This document shows positions 51,701 through 61,290 of a stretch of DNA of 64,000 nucleotides, piece by piece. Position 1 is the first letter of the stretch, and the number at the start of each line of letters is the position of its first letter. Source of the DNA: Eukaryota sp. GEM-RC1 (lineage: Eukaryota); contig JAUFOQ010000010.1 of assembly GCA_040285855.1 (NCBI GenBank), positions 1-64,000 of the forward strand, given 5' to 3'. The translations under genes were made by a program, and so were the position numbers. The notes under the pieces were generated by a model that was not told the origin of the DNA, searched no databases, and saw only the letters and a program-made list of their open reading frames with translations.

Positions 51701-53266
51701 CTCCGTTGGCCTCTCTTAAAAATCCAAAAGGATTGGCCACGTCGGCATTAACACGTCATTAATCGTAACATCTTGAAAAAGAATAGCAATAACAGTGATT
51801 TCAATTCAGAGTCGAGATCAGGAGCAAAATCAGTGATTCATGGGAAGAAGTCAATAAGTAGATCAGAAGGTGAGTGTTCAGTCCACGTGATGTGAGAGAG
51901 AGATTGTGAGTACCAATTTCCAATGAGGGAAGTCTGAAACGTGATGAAATAAAAATTCGTTAAACGTACACTGATGAAATTGCTTTGAGACAAAATCTCT
52001 GAACATAACTCACCCAAAACTGCATCATCAAAAATTTCCAAATGTGAAAACAATTTTAAATTTCCAGCAAATAATTCAATTTGCCAGAAAACAGTGGTTA
52101 ATAGTCGATAGGTTCATAAGCCATGACCTGGGGAGTTCTTTTGATTTCAGAAAACAACCACTCAGTTTGAATCACGTGACCAAAGAGATCAATTCCTTGA
52201 TTGGACTTGATTGGAGCTCATTGAAGACATAACGGGATATGAATGTGATAACGTTCCAAATGAAACGGAAATTTAAAATATCAATTAGTTCATGTATTCT
52301 GATTTCTGATTACAAATTGAAGTGAAATTGAAATTAGATATACTCAGAAATAGTAGAATAACAATAAAATTGCAAAATTGTGGATATTTTGGTCGTTTGA
52401 GTAATGTTTTCAGTTTTGAACCCCATTAAAGAGATTCAAAAGGGTGCACCACAAGTAACTCTCAATACTGATGATGAGCTATGAAAAGAAAGAGATGATT
52501 CCTACTTGAACTTCGATTGAGCTTGAGTACGAGAGGAACATAAGACTCGTTTGGAGAAAAGATTGCCACTAGTGTATGATAAGGAAAGAGGCCATAAGGA
52601 AGAAGATGAGAGCAAGTTGGATAATGACGGAAGCATCAGAACAATAGGAATCTATGGAGCCAAGAGAAAACGAGAGATAAGATGAGGATGATGGTTGACA
52701 GGGAAGAAATGAGAAGATATGATAAGACGTTAGAAGAGGGGGTAATCAGAACATAGTTGACGTGTCATATACCGAGTAATGTTTATCTATCAGAAAGGAA
52801 GAACCTGTTTACGAAGTAATGATTCTACTTCTAAGAAAGGAAACTGGACAGATGGGGTTGTTTGATCAAACTAAATGGCTTTTATAAGTCAAAGAACCGT
52901 GGAGATCACAGAAATGAGAGGGGAGTTTGCATGAATACACTTCAGGAAACGTTTGGTCTCACTGAGACTGATTCTGTGCTCGAGATTCATCCCAAAATTG
53001 GTCTCACCAAATCTCAGTGAGACTAATTCTGTACTGAGACTAATTTTGCACAATTGTTGAAGTGTTAATACCGACTTCACTACTCAGATTTGCTCACTAG
53101 CATACCAATGATCGTCATCATCTAGGCTCCAATTAATTAGTCACCCTCAACTTATGATAGTACACTTTTTTCTTGATGATTAACAGATGCAACATATATT
53201 TGATCTCGTTTAAAAGACTCCCGAATTGTGTCGGCAGTCAACGTTACTGAAAACGTGTATTCCTGG
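48668..53266 (+). repeat. Direct duplicate of the telomere-adjacent block 1597-5742 (resumes after the inserted elements up to ~61130)
   Basis: Collinear sequence, with an extra ~460 bp at ~51909-52367 and more substitutions distal of ~50700. Confidence 0.92.
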
Positions 53267-53386
53267 TGTTATGACACGCGTGTGTTAGAACCATGAAGAC
53301 TCCCTTTTACCATGTCTTTTCTTTTCCCCATTGCAATAAACTAGGTTCCAATACCTTTAGCAATATTTCCGGAACAAAAGGCATCA
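53267..53386 (+). repeat. 5' LTR (120 bp)
   Basis: TGTTATGACACG..AAAAGGCATCA; two mismatches to the 3' LTR. Confidence 0.95.
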
Positions 53387-53414
53387 ATACGTATTGTGCC
53401 ATCACTAAAACAGT

Positions 53415-54761
53415 ATGTCACTTCCTTCTACTAACTTAGCCAATCTCCAAGAGAAGATTCGCTTTGTCGCCCCGCGACTTACATCACTAATCCCAGGCTC
53501 TGTAGCCAGCTTCATCCAAGAAGTGGTACAGTATACCTCTAGCACCTCTGCCGAAGCTTCCGCGCTTCCCAGGGTAAGGGCTCCAACACCTAGCACCAGT
53601 GATGCCCCCAATGAAACTCTCAGAGCTGCCGAAAAGCTCATCGCTGACGCCGCCAAGAAATTTGAGATTCCAGGCTTCGACCAAGACACATTTGCACCAA
53701 TGTGGTCAGCTGCCAAGAAGGTTGCCTTGCAAGAAGCTGAAGCTTCCGCCATGTCATCTTCCCTCCTTGACGGTCTCAACGGACTATCCTTAGATCTCGT
53801 TGCCCCCTCCTTTTCAGGAGATCCGCCTGCGCCTGAGAATTTCCACAAATACATTCTCCCCAAAGTTCTCTCTCTAATCCGCCTTCTCTCTCCCTCTTCC
53901 TTGTCCTCGCAAGAAGATCTTTGGAATTTTCTACTATCCACCACTCGAGCTCAGAACGCCTCAGAAGCTCGACGACTTGTGTCCTCTCTGAACATGAATG
54001 GTCCTCATCTTCATTCCCTCAATGCTTATCTCGAACAACTCCGTTCCGTCGTTAGCCGCTGTCAAAATTTCATATGTCTTAGCCGCTCTAAAATTATCGT
54101 AGAAGCTTTTCTCAAGGGTCTTAAGCCTACCTCACTTAGAAATTCCCTCTTCGATGAACATCGACTGACCCCCTTCCAAGACCTGGACTCACTCATTTCT
54201 AGGACTCTCTTCCTTCACCAAAACAGTATCTTGTCCGAATCCACTGAAGCTTACAACCCCAATCACCCAAAAAATACTCCTCGCAACTATTCTAGAAACG
54301 TCAGAAGAAATCCTCAACAAGAGAAATCTACTAACCCTACTTTTGAGAGCTATTCCTTTTCCAATGCTTCATCCCAGCCTTCATGTAACTTCTGTAAGCA
54401 GCCTGGTCATCTTATCAGAGACTGCCCCGACCCGGCCTGTAAAAGATCTTCGATATCTAATCCCAAAGGCAGGGTCAACTTTCCTCGGAATCCTCGTTAT
54501 CCTCGTCCCACCGCTGATAACTCGTCTCGAGTTACTCGATCTCAATCTCATTCATCAAGCATGTTCAAGGAAAGTTTTCGAAAACAAACCAAATTGTTGA
54601 AGAAACAGAAGAAGCTAACGATGAGATCGAGTTTGATCTCGAAGTTTCCAACCTCATTGACCAAACACTGCCAGACTCCGACTGTTGGTCTATCAATTCC
54701 AACTTTAAAACTAATCTTAATCTCAAACGTCCAACCTCTGACAACTCTCCCTTTCTATTAA
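53415..54761 (+). CDS. gag: Gag with CCHC zinc knuckle
   Basis: 448-aa ORF, AFLKGLKP, CNFCKQPGHLIRDC. Confidence 0.9.
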   Translation: MSLPSTNLANLQEKIRFVAPRLTSLIPGSVASFIQEVVQYTSSTSAEASALPRVRAPTPSTSDAPNETLRAAEKLIADAAKKFEIPGFDQDTFAPMWSAAKKVALQEAEASAMSSSLLDGLNGLSLDLVAPSFSGDPPAPENFHKYILPKVLSLIRLLSPSSLSSQEDLWNFLLSTTRAQNASEARRLVSSLNMNGPHLHSLNAYLEQLRSVVSRCQNFICLSRSKIIVEAFLKGLKPTSLRNSLFDEHRLTPFQDLDSLISRTLFLHQNSILSESTEAYNPNHPKNTPRNYSRNVRRNPQQEKSTNPTFESYSFSNASSQPSCNFCKQPGHLIRDCPDPACKRSSISNPKGRVNFPRNPRYPRPTADNSSRVTRSQSHSSSMFKESFRKQTKLLKKQKKLTMRSSLISKFPTSLTKHCQTPTVGLSIPTLKLILISNVQPLTTLPFY

Positions 54762-57205
54762 AATCTCCCAACGCCTTCCTTCCTACTCCTAAAGGCAGAA
54801 GCTCGTTGTCTGGTCTCAATCATAACCTCGTCTCTGTTCCTGAGGAAGTAACCTCCCCGTTGAGGCGAAACACTGATCCTAGCTACGGCTTTGGTCAACC
54901 TCACGTCTCGGATCCAATCCTTGACACTGGCGCGAACGATGGTAAGGTTGAGAACCTGGACCCTGAGCCGAAACCCGCAGGATCTTCCATAAGAGATGAC
55001 TTTTTGTCCATGACCGTCTTGGTCAACAAAACCCCTCTAACCGGTACTTGGGACTGCGCCTCTCAAACAAGTTGCATTTCAGAAGACCTCTCCCTTAAAG
55101 CAAACCTTCCCATTTTACCTTCCAAGATCAATTTTAGACTAGCAAACGGAAGCTCCGTCAAATCCCCCGGATGCTGCACTACTATCATTACTTTCAATTT
55201 TGAAAGTACAATTTCTAAGGTTGTACATGTCAAGTGTACCTTACATATCATCCCTGGTAAGAACCAGTTCCTCTTAGGATGTGATCTAATGAAAAACCTA
55301 GGTCTGCTGAAGAACAACGGCCTTATGATTAATCTGAACAAGGAACACTCCGCCTTCATCAATGCCGAAGCCTGCTTAGATGGCTTAATCCTTCGTCCTA
55401 GAGACAACCCATGTCAAGTTAATTCCGTTTCAAGAGACTGGACTCACGAAGCTAGATTTGAACTAAACCATAACCAAATTTCTACTATTAAAAGTTTACT
55501 ATTTGAATTCCAAGACATCTTTGGTAAGCCGCACCCCGACGGAGTCAAATGGCCACCAATGACTCTGCCATTCTTCTATGAAAAGTCAGTCGTCAACTTT
55601 CCAGCAAGGAACCTCAATCCGCACAAACTTCAGATTGCCAACGACATATTTGATGAACTTATTGCTGATAACTTTGCCTTCGAATCTCCCAAAGGGAACC
55701 CTTTTTCATCTCCCATTTGCCTCGTAACCTACCCCGACGACAGAAAGCCCAGACTAACTGGCGACTTTTCCGGTGTCAATGGAATCAACGCTCTCACAAT
55801 TCCATTAGAAGCTAACCTCCCTCGGATATCCGATATTTCTGCCTTCCTTTCTAACGCGACCTTCATAGCCACCTTGGACCTCCCAAAGGCATTTTGGCAA
55901 ATTCTTCTCGATCCTAAAGACCAAATGAAAACTACTCTTGCTATTCCTGGCAGAAACATTTGTTTTAAAAGAGCAGCCTTCGGGCTGAAGAATGTTCCTG
56001 CATACTTCCAGAATATCATGGACAAAATTTTTTCTATGCCAAATGTATTCATTTACATCGATGATGTAATTATTGCTCATAATGACTTCAAAGTTTTCAC
56101 TGATACCCTCAAAGAAATTTTTAAACGTGCCCGAAAGCATAGAATAAGGTTCGGAATTAGAAAATGCTCCTTTGTCACCAAGAAATCAAAGATTAAGGTT
56201 CTCGGAGCAATTTTCCAAGATGGAAAAAGATCTATTGATCCAGATAGAATCGAAGCCATCGCCAACTTACCCATTCCAACCACAATTTCTGAACTAAGAT
56301 CCTTTTGCGGATCTATCAATTACTTAAGGGACTGGATCCCGAACCTCAGTCAACTCATTCAACCTCTCACGAACCTTACGCGCAAAGACCCTGAAACCCG
56401 CTTAACTATCTCTAAGAAATGGACTGATGCCCATACCAAAAACTTTATCGAAATCAAACGGTTAATTTCAAACTCAGTAGACCTCGCTCTGCCCGACGAT
56501 GAGTCTACCATAATCATTTCAACGGATGCCTCAGACAAGGCCATCAGCGGTATTATCTGGAAAAAACTCGACAATTCAGATCCACATGAACCCTTAGAAG
56601 ACCAAAAATTAGCTCCTATCTCTTTCTTTTACAAAACACTGTCTGATACTCAATCCAACTGGCCTATCATTCAAAAAGAACTGTTTGCCATCGTCTGCAC
56701 CCTGAATCAACCTAACTTATCCTCATTCCTCATTAGCAAGAGACTTATTATCTTCTGCGATCACCGCAACATTGTATACTTAATCAATCATCCAGACAAA
56801 AACAGAATTGTCACCAGATGGATTCCTCTGCTCTCAAACTTTGACATTGAAATTGTACATGTTGAAGGCTCTCGTAATTCTTGTGCCGACCTCCTCTCCC
56901 GCTGCTTCGCTCCGAACGAATCGAAAACCTTCATGTTGGATAGCCTGACCCCCAACCCAGACAAAGATGACTGTGACGGAGAAGATTACTTTGGTCAATT
57001 TGATATGCGCTATTGTTATGGAATAGTCAACGGAGTTACCAAATTTCACAAATATGACCTAAGAAAATTACTTGGGAACCCCATCTTGGAAAAAATTCGA
57101 ACTGCTCAACAAATCGATCTTCAATCAGACTCCGATCTTAATACATGGAATGACACATTCGAATGCTTCTTTTCAATGGCAAAATATTCATCTCCAAATC
57201 ACTAA
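54521..57205 (+). CDS. pol: Pol: protease, reverse transcriptase, RNase H (-1 frame relative to gag)
   Basis: WDCAS protease, LDLPKAFWQI, FGLKNVP, YIDD, STDASD..ELFAI..CDH..ADLLSR. The frame is open from 54521. Confidence 0.93.
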   Translation, partial: LVSSYSISISFIKHVQGKFSKTNQIVEETEEANDEIEFDLEVSNLIDQTLPDSDCWSINSNFKTNLNLKRPTSDNSPFLLKSPNAFLPTPKGRSSLSGLNHNLVSVPEEVTSPLRRNTDPSYGFGQPHVSDPILDTGANDGKVENLDPEPKPAGSSIRDDFLSMTVLVNKTPLTGTWDCASQTSCISEDLSLKANLPILPSKINFRLANGSSVKSPGCCTTIITFNFESTISKVVHVKCTLHIIPGKNQFLLGCDLMKNLGLLKNNGLMINLNKEHSAFINAEACLDGLILRPRDNPCQVNSVSRDWTHEARFELNHNQISTIKSLLFEFQDIFGKPHPDGVKWPPMTLPFFYEKSVVNFPARNLNPHKLQIANDIFDELIADNFAFESPKGNPFSSPICLVTYPDDRKPRLTGDFSGVNGINALTIPLEANLPRISDISAFLSNATFIATLDLPKAFWQILLDPKDQMKTTLAIPGRNICFKRAAFGLKNVPAYFQNIMDKIFSMPNVFIYIDDVIIAHNDFKVFTDTLKEIFKRARKHRIRFGIRKCSFVTKKSKIKVLGAIFQDGKRSIDPDRIEAIANLPIPTTISELRSFCGSINYLRDWIPNLSQLIQPLTNLTRKDPETRLTISKKWTDAHTKNFIEIKRLISNSVDLALPDDESTIIISTDASDKAISGIIWKKLDNSDPHEPLEDQKLAPISFFYKTLSDTQSNWPIIQKELFAIVCTLNQPNLSSFLISKRLIIFCDHRNIVYLINHPDKNRIVTRWIPLLSNFDIEIVHVEGSRNSCADLLSRCFAPNESKTFMLDSLTPNPDKDDCDGEDYFGQFDMRYCYGIVNGVTKFHKYDLRKLLGNPILEKIRTAQQIDLQSDSDLNTWNDTFECFFSMAKYSSPNH

Positions 57206-58469
57206 GGAAAGAATTCCTAATGAACCTCCACGGTGAACCTTATGTTGGTCACTCGGCCTATCAAGAGGCATGGAAAACGTTTAAAACTCACTATTATGAC
57301 TGGCCTCAAGCAGCAGACGACCTCGCTCAACATATCGAAGAATGTCACTCTTGCCAGAAAACAGCCTCCGCTCCAAAAGTCATTTTACCCCAATCAGGCT
57401 CACTCTTCAGCCTCCGTCCATTCGAATGCATCCACATGGACACCATTGGTCCCCTTTCCAAAGACAACATGGGAATGAAATTTATCTACGTCTTCATAGA
57501 CGCCTTTTCCAGGTTAACCATTCTATCCGCTGCGCCGAAAAACAACGCAAACGAAGCTGCCTATGCTCTCATCAACTCAGTCTATGGACATTATGGTTTG
57601 CCCGTAGCCATTCATTGTGACAATGGCTCCGAGTTCGCTAACGAAGTCATGAATGAACTTCACGGTCTTTTAGGAATCTCAATAACAACATCTCTCCCTT
57701 ATCACCACCAAAGTAATGGTCTGGTGGAACGCCGTAATAGAGACATAAACCAGAACCTTAAAAGGGTATGTTATGACCAAAACGACATACAAAACTGGTC
57801 TGCCCACCTGCCCTCCATTCAGCTTATCCTCAATAGCAAAACCCATTCCACTACTGGTTTCTCCCCCTACGAGCTTATTTTTGGTCTGTCAACTGATTCC
57901 AGAAGACCTCCTTCAGATCTAGCCTCCATCCTCTCCGACTCCGAGCCTATGACCCCTCTGCTTCTCGACCTCACAGCCAGAACTTGTGCCATTAAAAAGT
58001 AATGGGAAGAGGCAGAAAAGCATCAAAAGCTTCAATCCGCTCGTCTCATACAGAGATCCCGCAAATTGCCGAAGGCACCTATGTACTTCGATTCAACGAA
58101 AACCCCGGCCGTCTCCATGGCCGCTGGTTAGGCCCATATAGGGTCATCCAAAGCTCCCCCGACTCTTCTAAGCAACAGCTTCTCAACCTAGGCACTAATG
58201 TAGCCACCTATTCTTCGGTACACCTCTGCAAGCCGTTTATCAGCTCGTCCGACAACCCTGAATATTACAAAGCCATCGCCGCCCTAGATAAAGAAGAGTT
58301 TACCATTAGACGTATGATCTCCGTGAACCGCCGCAAAAACACTGCTTACGTCGAATGGACTTGTAACACCAAGGAACATGTTGACTTAGGTATCGTCAAG
58401 AATGACTCCGCCTACTCTAGATTCATGCAGCTTCCCGAAAACAAGAAGCCTCGTGTCAAGAGTAATTAG
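57163..58469 (+). pseudogene. Integrase (HHCC, DDE, GPY, chromodomain-like), frameshifted at ~57170 and interrupted at ~58000
   Basis: H..H..CHSC, HMDT, HCDNG, VERRN, WLGPY, EEFTI..YVEW. Confidence 0.9.
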
Positions 58470-58558
58470 ATTCATTATTAATTTTACTATTAGCCTTTTT
58501 ATTAGCGGTTCTAACTCACTCTCAAGATCATGAGAGATCTTGAAAAGAGAGAGGGTAA

Positions 58559-58678
58559 TGTTATGACACGCGTGTGTTAGAACCATGAAGACTCCCTTTT
58601 ACCATGTCTTTTCTTTTCCCCATTGTAATAAACTAGGTTCCAATACATTTAGCAATATTTCCGGAACAAAAGGCATCA
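58559..58678 (+). repeat. 3' LTR (120 bp)
   Basis: Matches 53267-53386; followed by TSD CTGG. Confidence 0.95.
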
Positions 58679-58809
58679 CTGGCCACAAATACAATAATAC
58701 GAGATCCAGATTCAGTTCTAAACCATGTAAACTTACAGAAGTACTTCGTTTCAGCTGTTTGTTGTTTGTACTATATATCTATGGACTGTAAAGAACAGTT
58801 TAATTCTTT

Positions 58810-60397
58810 CTATCTATTGGTTTAGAAATCAAACTACCTAAATGTTTTCTTATTGGTAAGCGGTTTGCGGAACTTATGTATGGTGAGCAATCTATCCAGT
58901 TTGTGGACTATAACACTGAAGCTGTCCGCTTTTTGGGTTCCTATTTTGGCAATCCTTTGCAGATTGAGAGTGTGCTCAAGAATTATCTTCAGAAAATCAA
59001 AGTTCAATTGCAGACTATACAAGATCTCAAGATCGATAACCACTTGGCTTTTTCTGTACTTTCGGTCTGTTTTGGATCGAAAATCAATCATCTTCTTAGA
59101 TCTTTACCACCTGAGCTTTCTCTTGGTTTTGCTCGTGAGTTCAACTCTTTGAGTACTCAATTTTTAGGGAATTTGGTTGAAATCAATAGTTCCAAAATTC
59201 CTTATCATGCCTTTTTCAGTTCAAAATTTGGTGGTGTTGGTTTTTCAAGAGCTGAGTATTTATGTAAAAGTGCTTTCGTTGGTGGTATGAAGAACTTTCT
59301 TTTTGAGAGTAAGCTTCGGTTCGAAAATATTTTCGATTCAGTTGTAGACGGCTCTTACGCTTTATTGAACTCTTTGGAGGACTTAGTTCAAGGTTTGCCT
59401 ATTGAAGTTTGGAACAAAAGTTTCCCGAAAAGTGTTTCATCAATTCCTGATCGGTCAATTGAATTTCTACCTCTTGCTGTAGTTAAGTTACAGAATGCTA
59501 CATTACTTGGGTTGGAAGACTTGGATTTTAGTAAAAGACTTAGTGTGACTAAGATTGATAATCCCGTCTTTGCAGCTTTTTTTATGTGACATTCAACAAT
59601 GTTCCAGCTTCATCACTCAACAACCTAGACCTTTTGGTTTACATTTGAACAATGATGCTTGGAAGCAAAATATGCGTCTTCGTTTAGGTTTATTCCCTAG
59701 TGGTTTGCTAAATAATTCAATCTGTGTTTGCGATAACCGAGCTACAGCCACATTTCGTCATGTTGTTAGTTGCAAGAAATTTTTGCAATTTCGATCTGTT
59801 CTACATAACGCTGTTCGTGACGTTACTTATGAAATGTTCAAATCCTACAATTATAGTTGTAAAATTGAACCTCTTCTGAAACATTATAGTGACAATAACG
59901 TGTGTGATTCTCGGCGTGGTGACTTAATTGCTCCTTTCCTGGATTCATCTCAAGTTGTGGTTGATTTTACTACAGTTGACCCGTTTGCAAAAGTCTACCA
60001 AGACTCCATATTGAATGATTCGAATGGTCATCTGGAAAAGGCTGAACAACGAAAGTGTTCAAATTATGCGGATGCTTTGCAGAAGCTTAATGAAAATCTA
60101 TATTCAAAGTTTTCATTTGTTCCATCTGCCATTTCAATTTTTGGTAATATTGGTCCAGCCGGTTTAAAGTTTTTCAGTGATTTTAGTCTTTTATGTCGCT
60201 CTAATGGCAAGGTGTTTAATAGCGCTGTATGGATTAATCGAATTATGTTTGCTCTTTATAGAAGCATTCCCAAGTATTTATGTTCCATTTATTCGAAGTT
60301 GTATAGGGACAATTCTCGTGTTGATGTGGAGAATTTAACTTCTTTCATATTCTGAATTAGTATGTATTAATTTATTGTTGCAAATAAACTCTTCATT
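58810..60397 (+). mobile_element. 5'-truncated RLE-class (CRE-like) non-LTR retrotransposon
   Basis: RFLGSY, LLRSLPP and KFGGVG (RT thumb); RLRLG, CVC..HVVSC, HNAV, RGDL..VDFT, RK..Y (zinc knuckle + restriction-like endonuclease). Candidate 12-bp TSD GTTTAATTCTTT at 58798-58809 and 60398-60409. One frameshift in a T run at ~59580. Confidence 0.9.
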
Positions 60398-61290
60398 GTT
60401 TAATTCTTTTGTAATTTATTGTAAATGTAATAGATCAAACAACTGAAATTTGATATCATTAAACCGTTTGTTCATAGAACAGTTTAATTGTTATTTAATT
60501 TTAGTTTCACAAAAAAGTGATATTTTGAAATTGTAGGACAAATATAGTCTCACAAGAACATTTTTCAAAAAGACTAGGACAGAATTAGTCTCAGTGAGAC
60601 TGAATGTTTCATGAAGTGTAGCATTTGTGTTGTGTTGCATCATTGACCCTGATCAGCATATGCTCTTCCAAATCTGACTTTTCACATTTTTTGGTCTTTC
60701 ACATTTTCTTGCATCTTGTTTTTACACCACTTCTCGTCCTACCTACATCATGAGCTTCACATATAACACACTGTTGGTCTCGATGTTGGTTTTAGAACTA
60801 TTTGCTTCGATACAGCAAGAGTTTTGATCTACTCTGCAGTCCGCACTTAATGTGTCCATCAATGTTCCGTTTCCCAATGAGATACAGATGTTTTCTCTGA
60901 TCCAAACTCAGAGAAGCCACAATTCACAGGGAAAAGGTCGAATCAAGGTATTAGTAGCTCCTATCAACTAATGTGTCGCTGTTTCATCAGTTCAATAGGA
61001 CTTAATGTCAACAGTCTACAGATTATATCCATACAAATCGCTTGTCCAACCCTTTACTCTCTCTTCAGATTTCTCACCTCAATTCGTCATCTATCAAACC
61101 ACAGTGTCTCTGAGATAAGTTCTTGGTCGACAACATTGAAGTAATTGTGGGTGGTGTATTTACCCGGCTCCTAATTAATTTGAAATATTATTCTCATTTA
61201 ATTTATGTATACCTCTTGATCTGGATGTTTTTTTGACTCAATCCAAAAATATGAGTAATTTGAGAATAAAAGATTTTATAAAGAAAGTAC

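Larger units (their letters stand above)
53267..58678 (+). mobile_element. Full-length Ty3/gypsy LTR retrotransposon with chromodomain-like integrase tail
   Basis: 120-bp TG..CA LTRs, 4-bp TSD CTGG, empty site TTCCTGGCCAC at ~5740, polypurine tract GAAAAGAGAGAGGG before the 3' LTR, domain order gag-PR-RT-RH-IN. Confidence 0.97.

Noticed and set aside
53405..57049. Antisense and alternate-frame ORFs over gag/pol and over the CR copies
   Set aside because: Shadow frames of recognisable genes, with no motifs of their own.
57990..58060. In-frame TAA in the integrase suggesting TAR=Gln recoding
   Set aside because: The 781-aa and 799-aa ORFs contain no in-frame TAA/TAG and several genes end in TAA; a point mutation is simpler.
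58810..60397. Telomere-targeting non-LTR element (as with MoTeR or Cnl1)
   Set aside because: The apparent target duplication GTTTAATTCTTT is not telomeric and no telomere repeats flank it.
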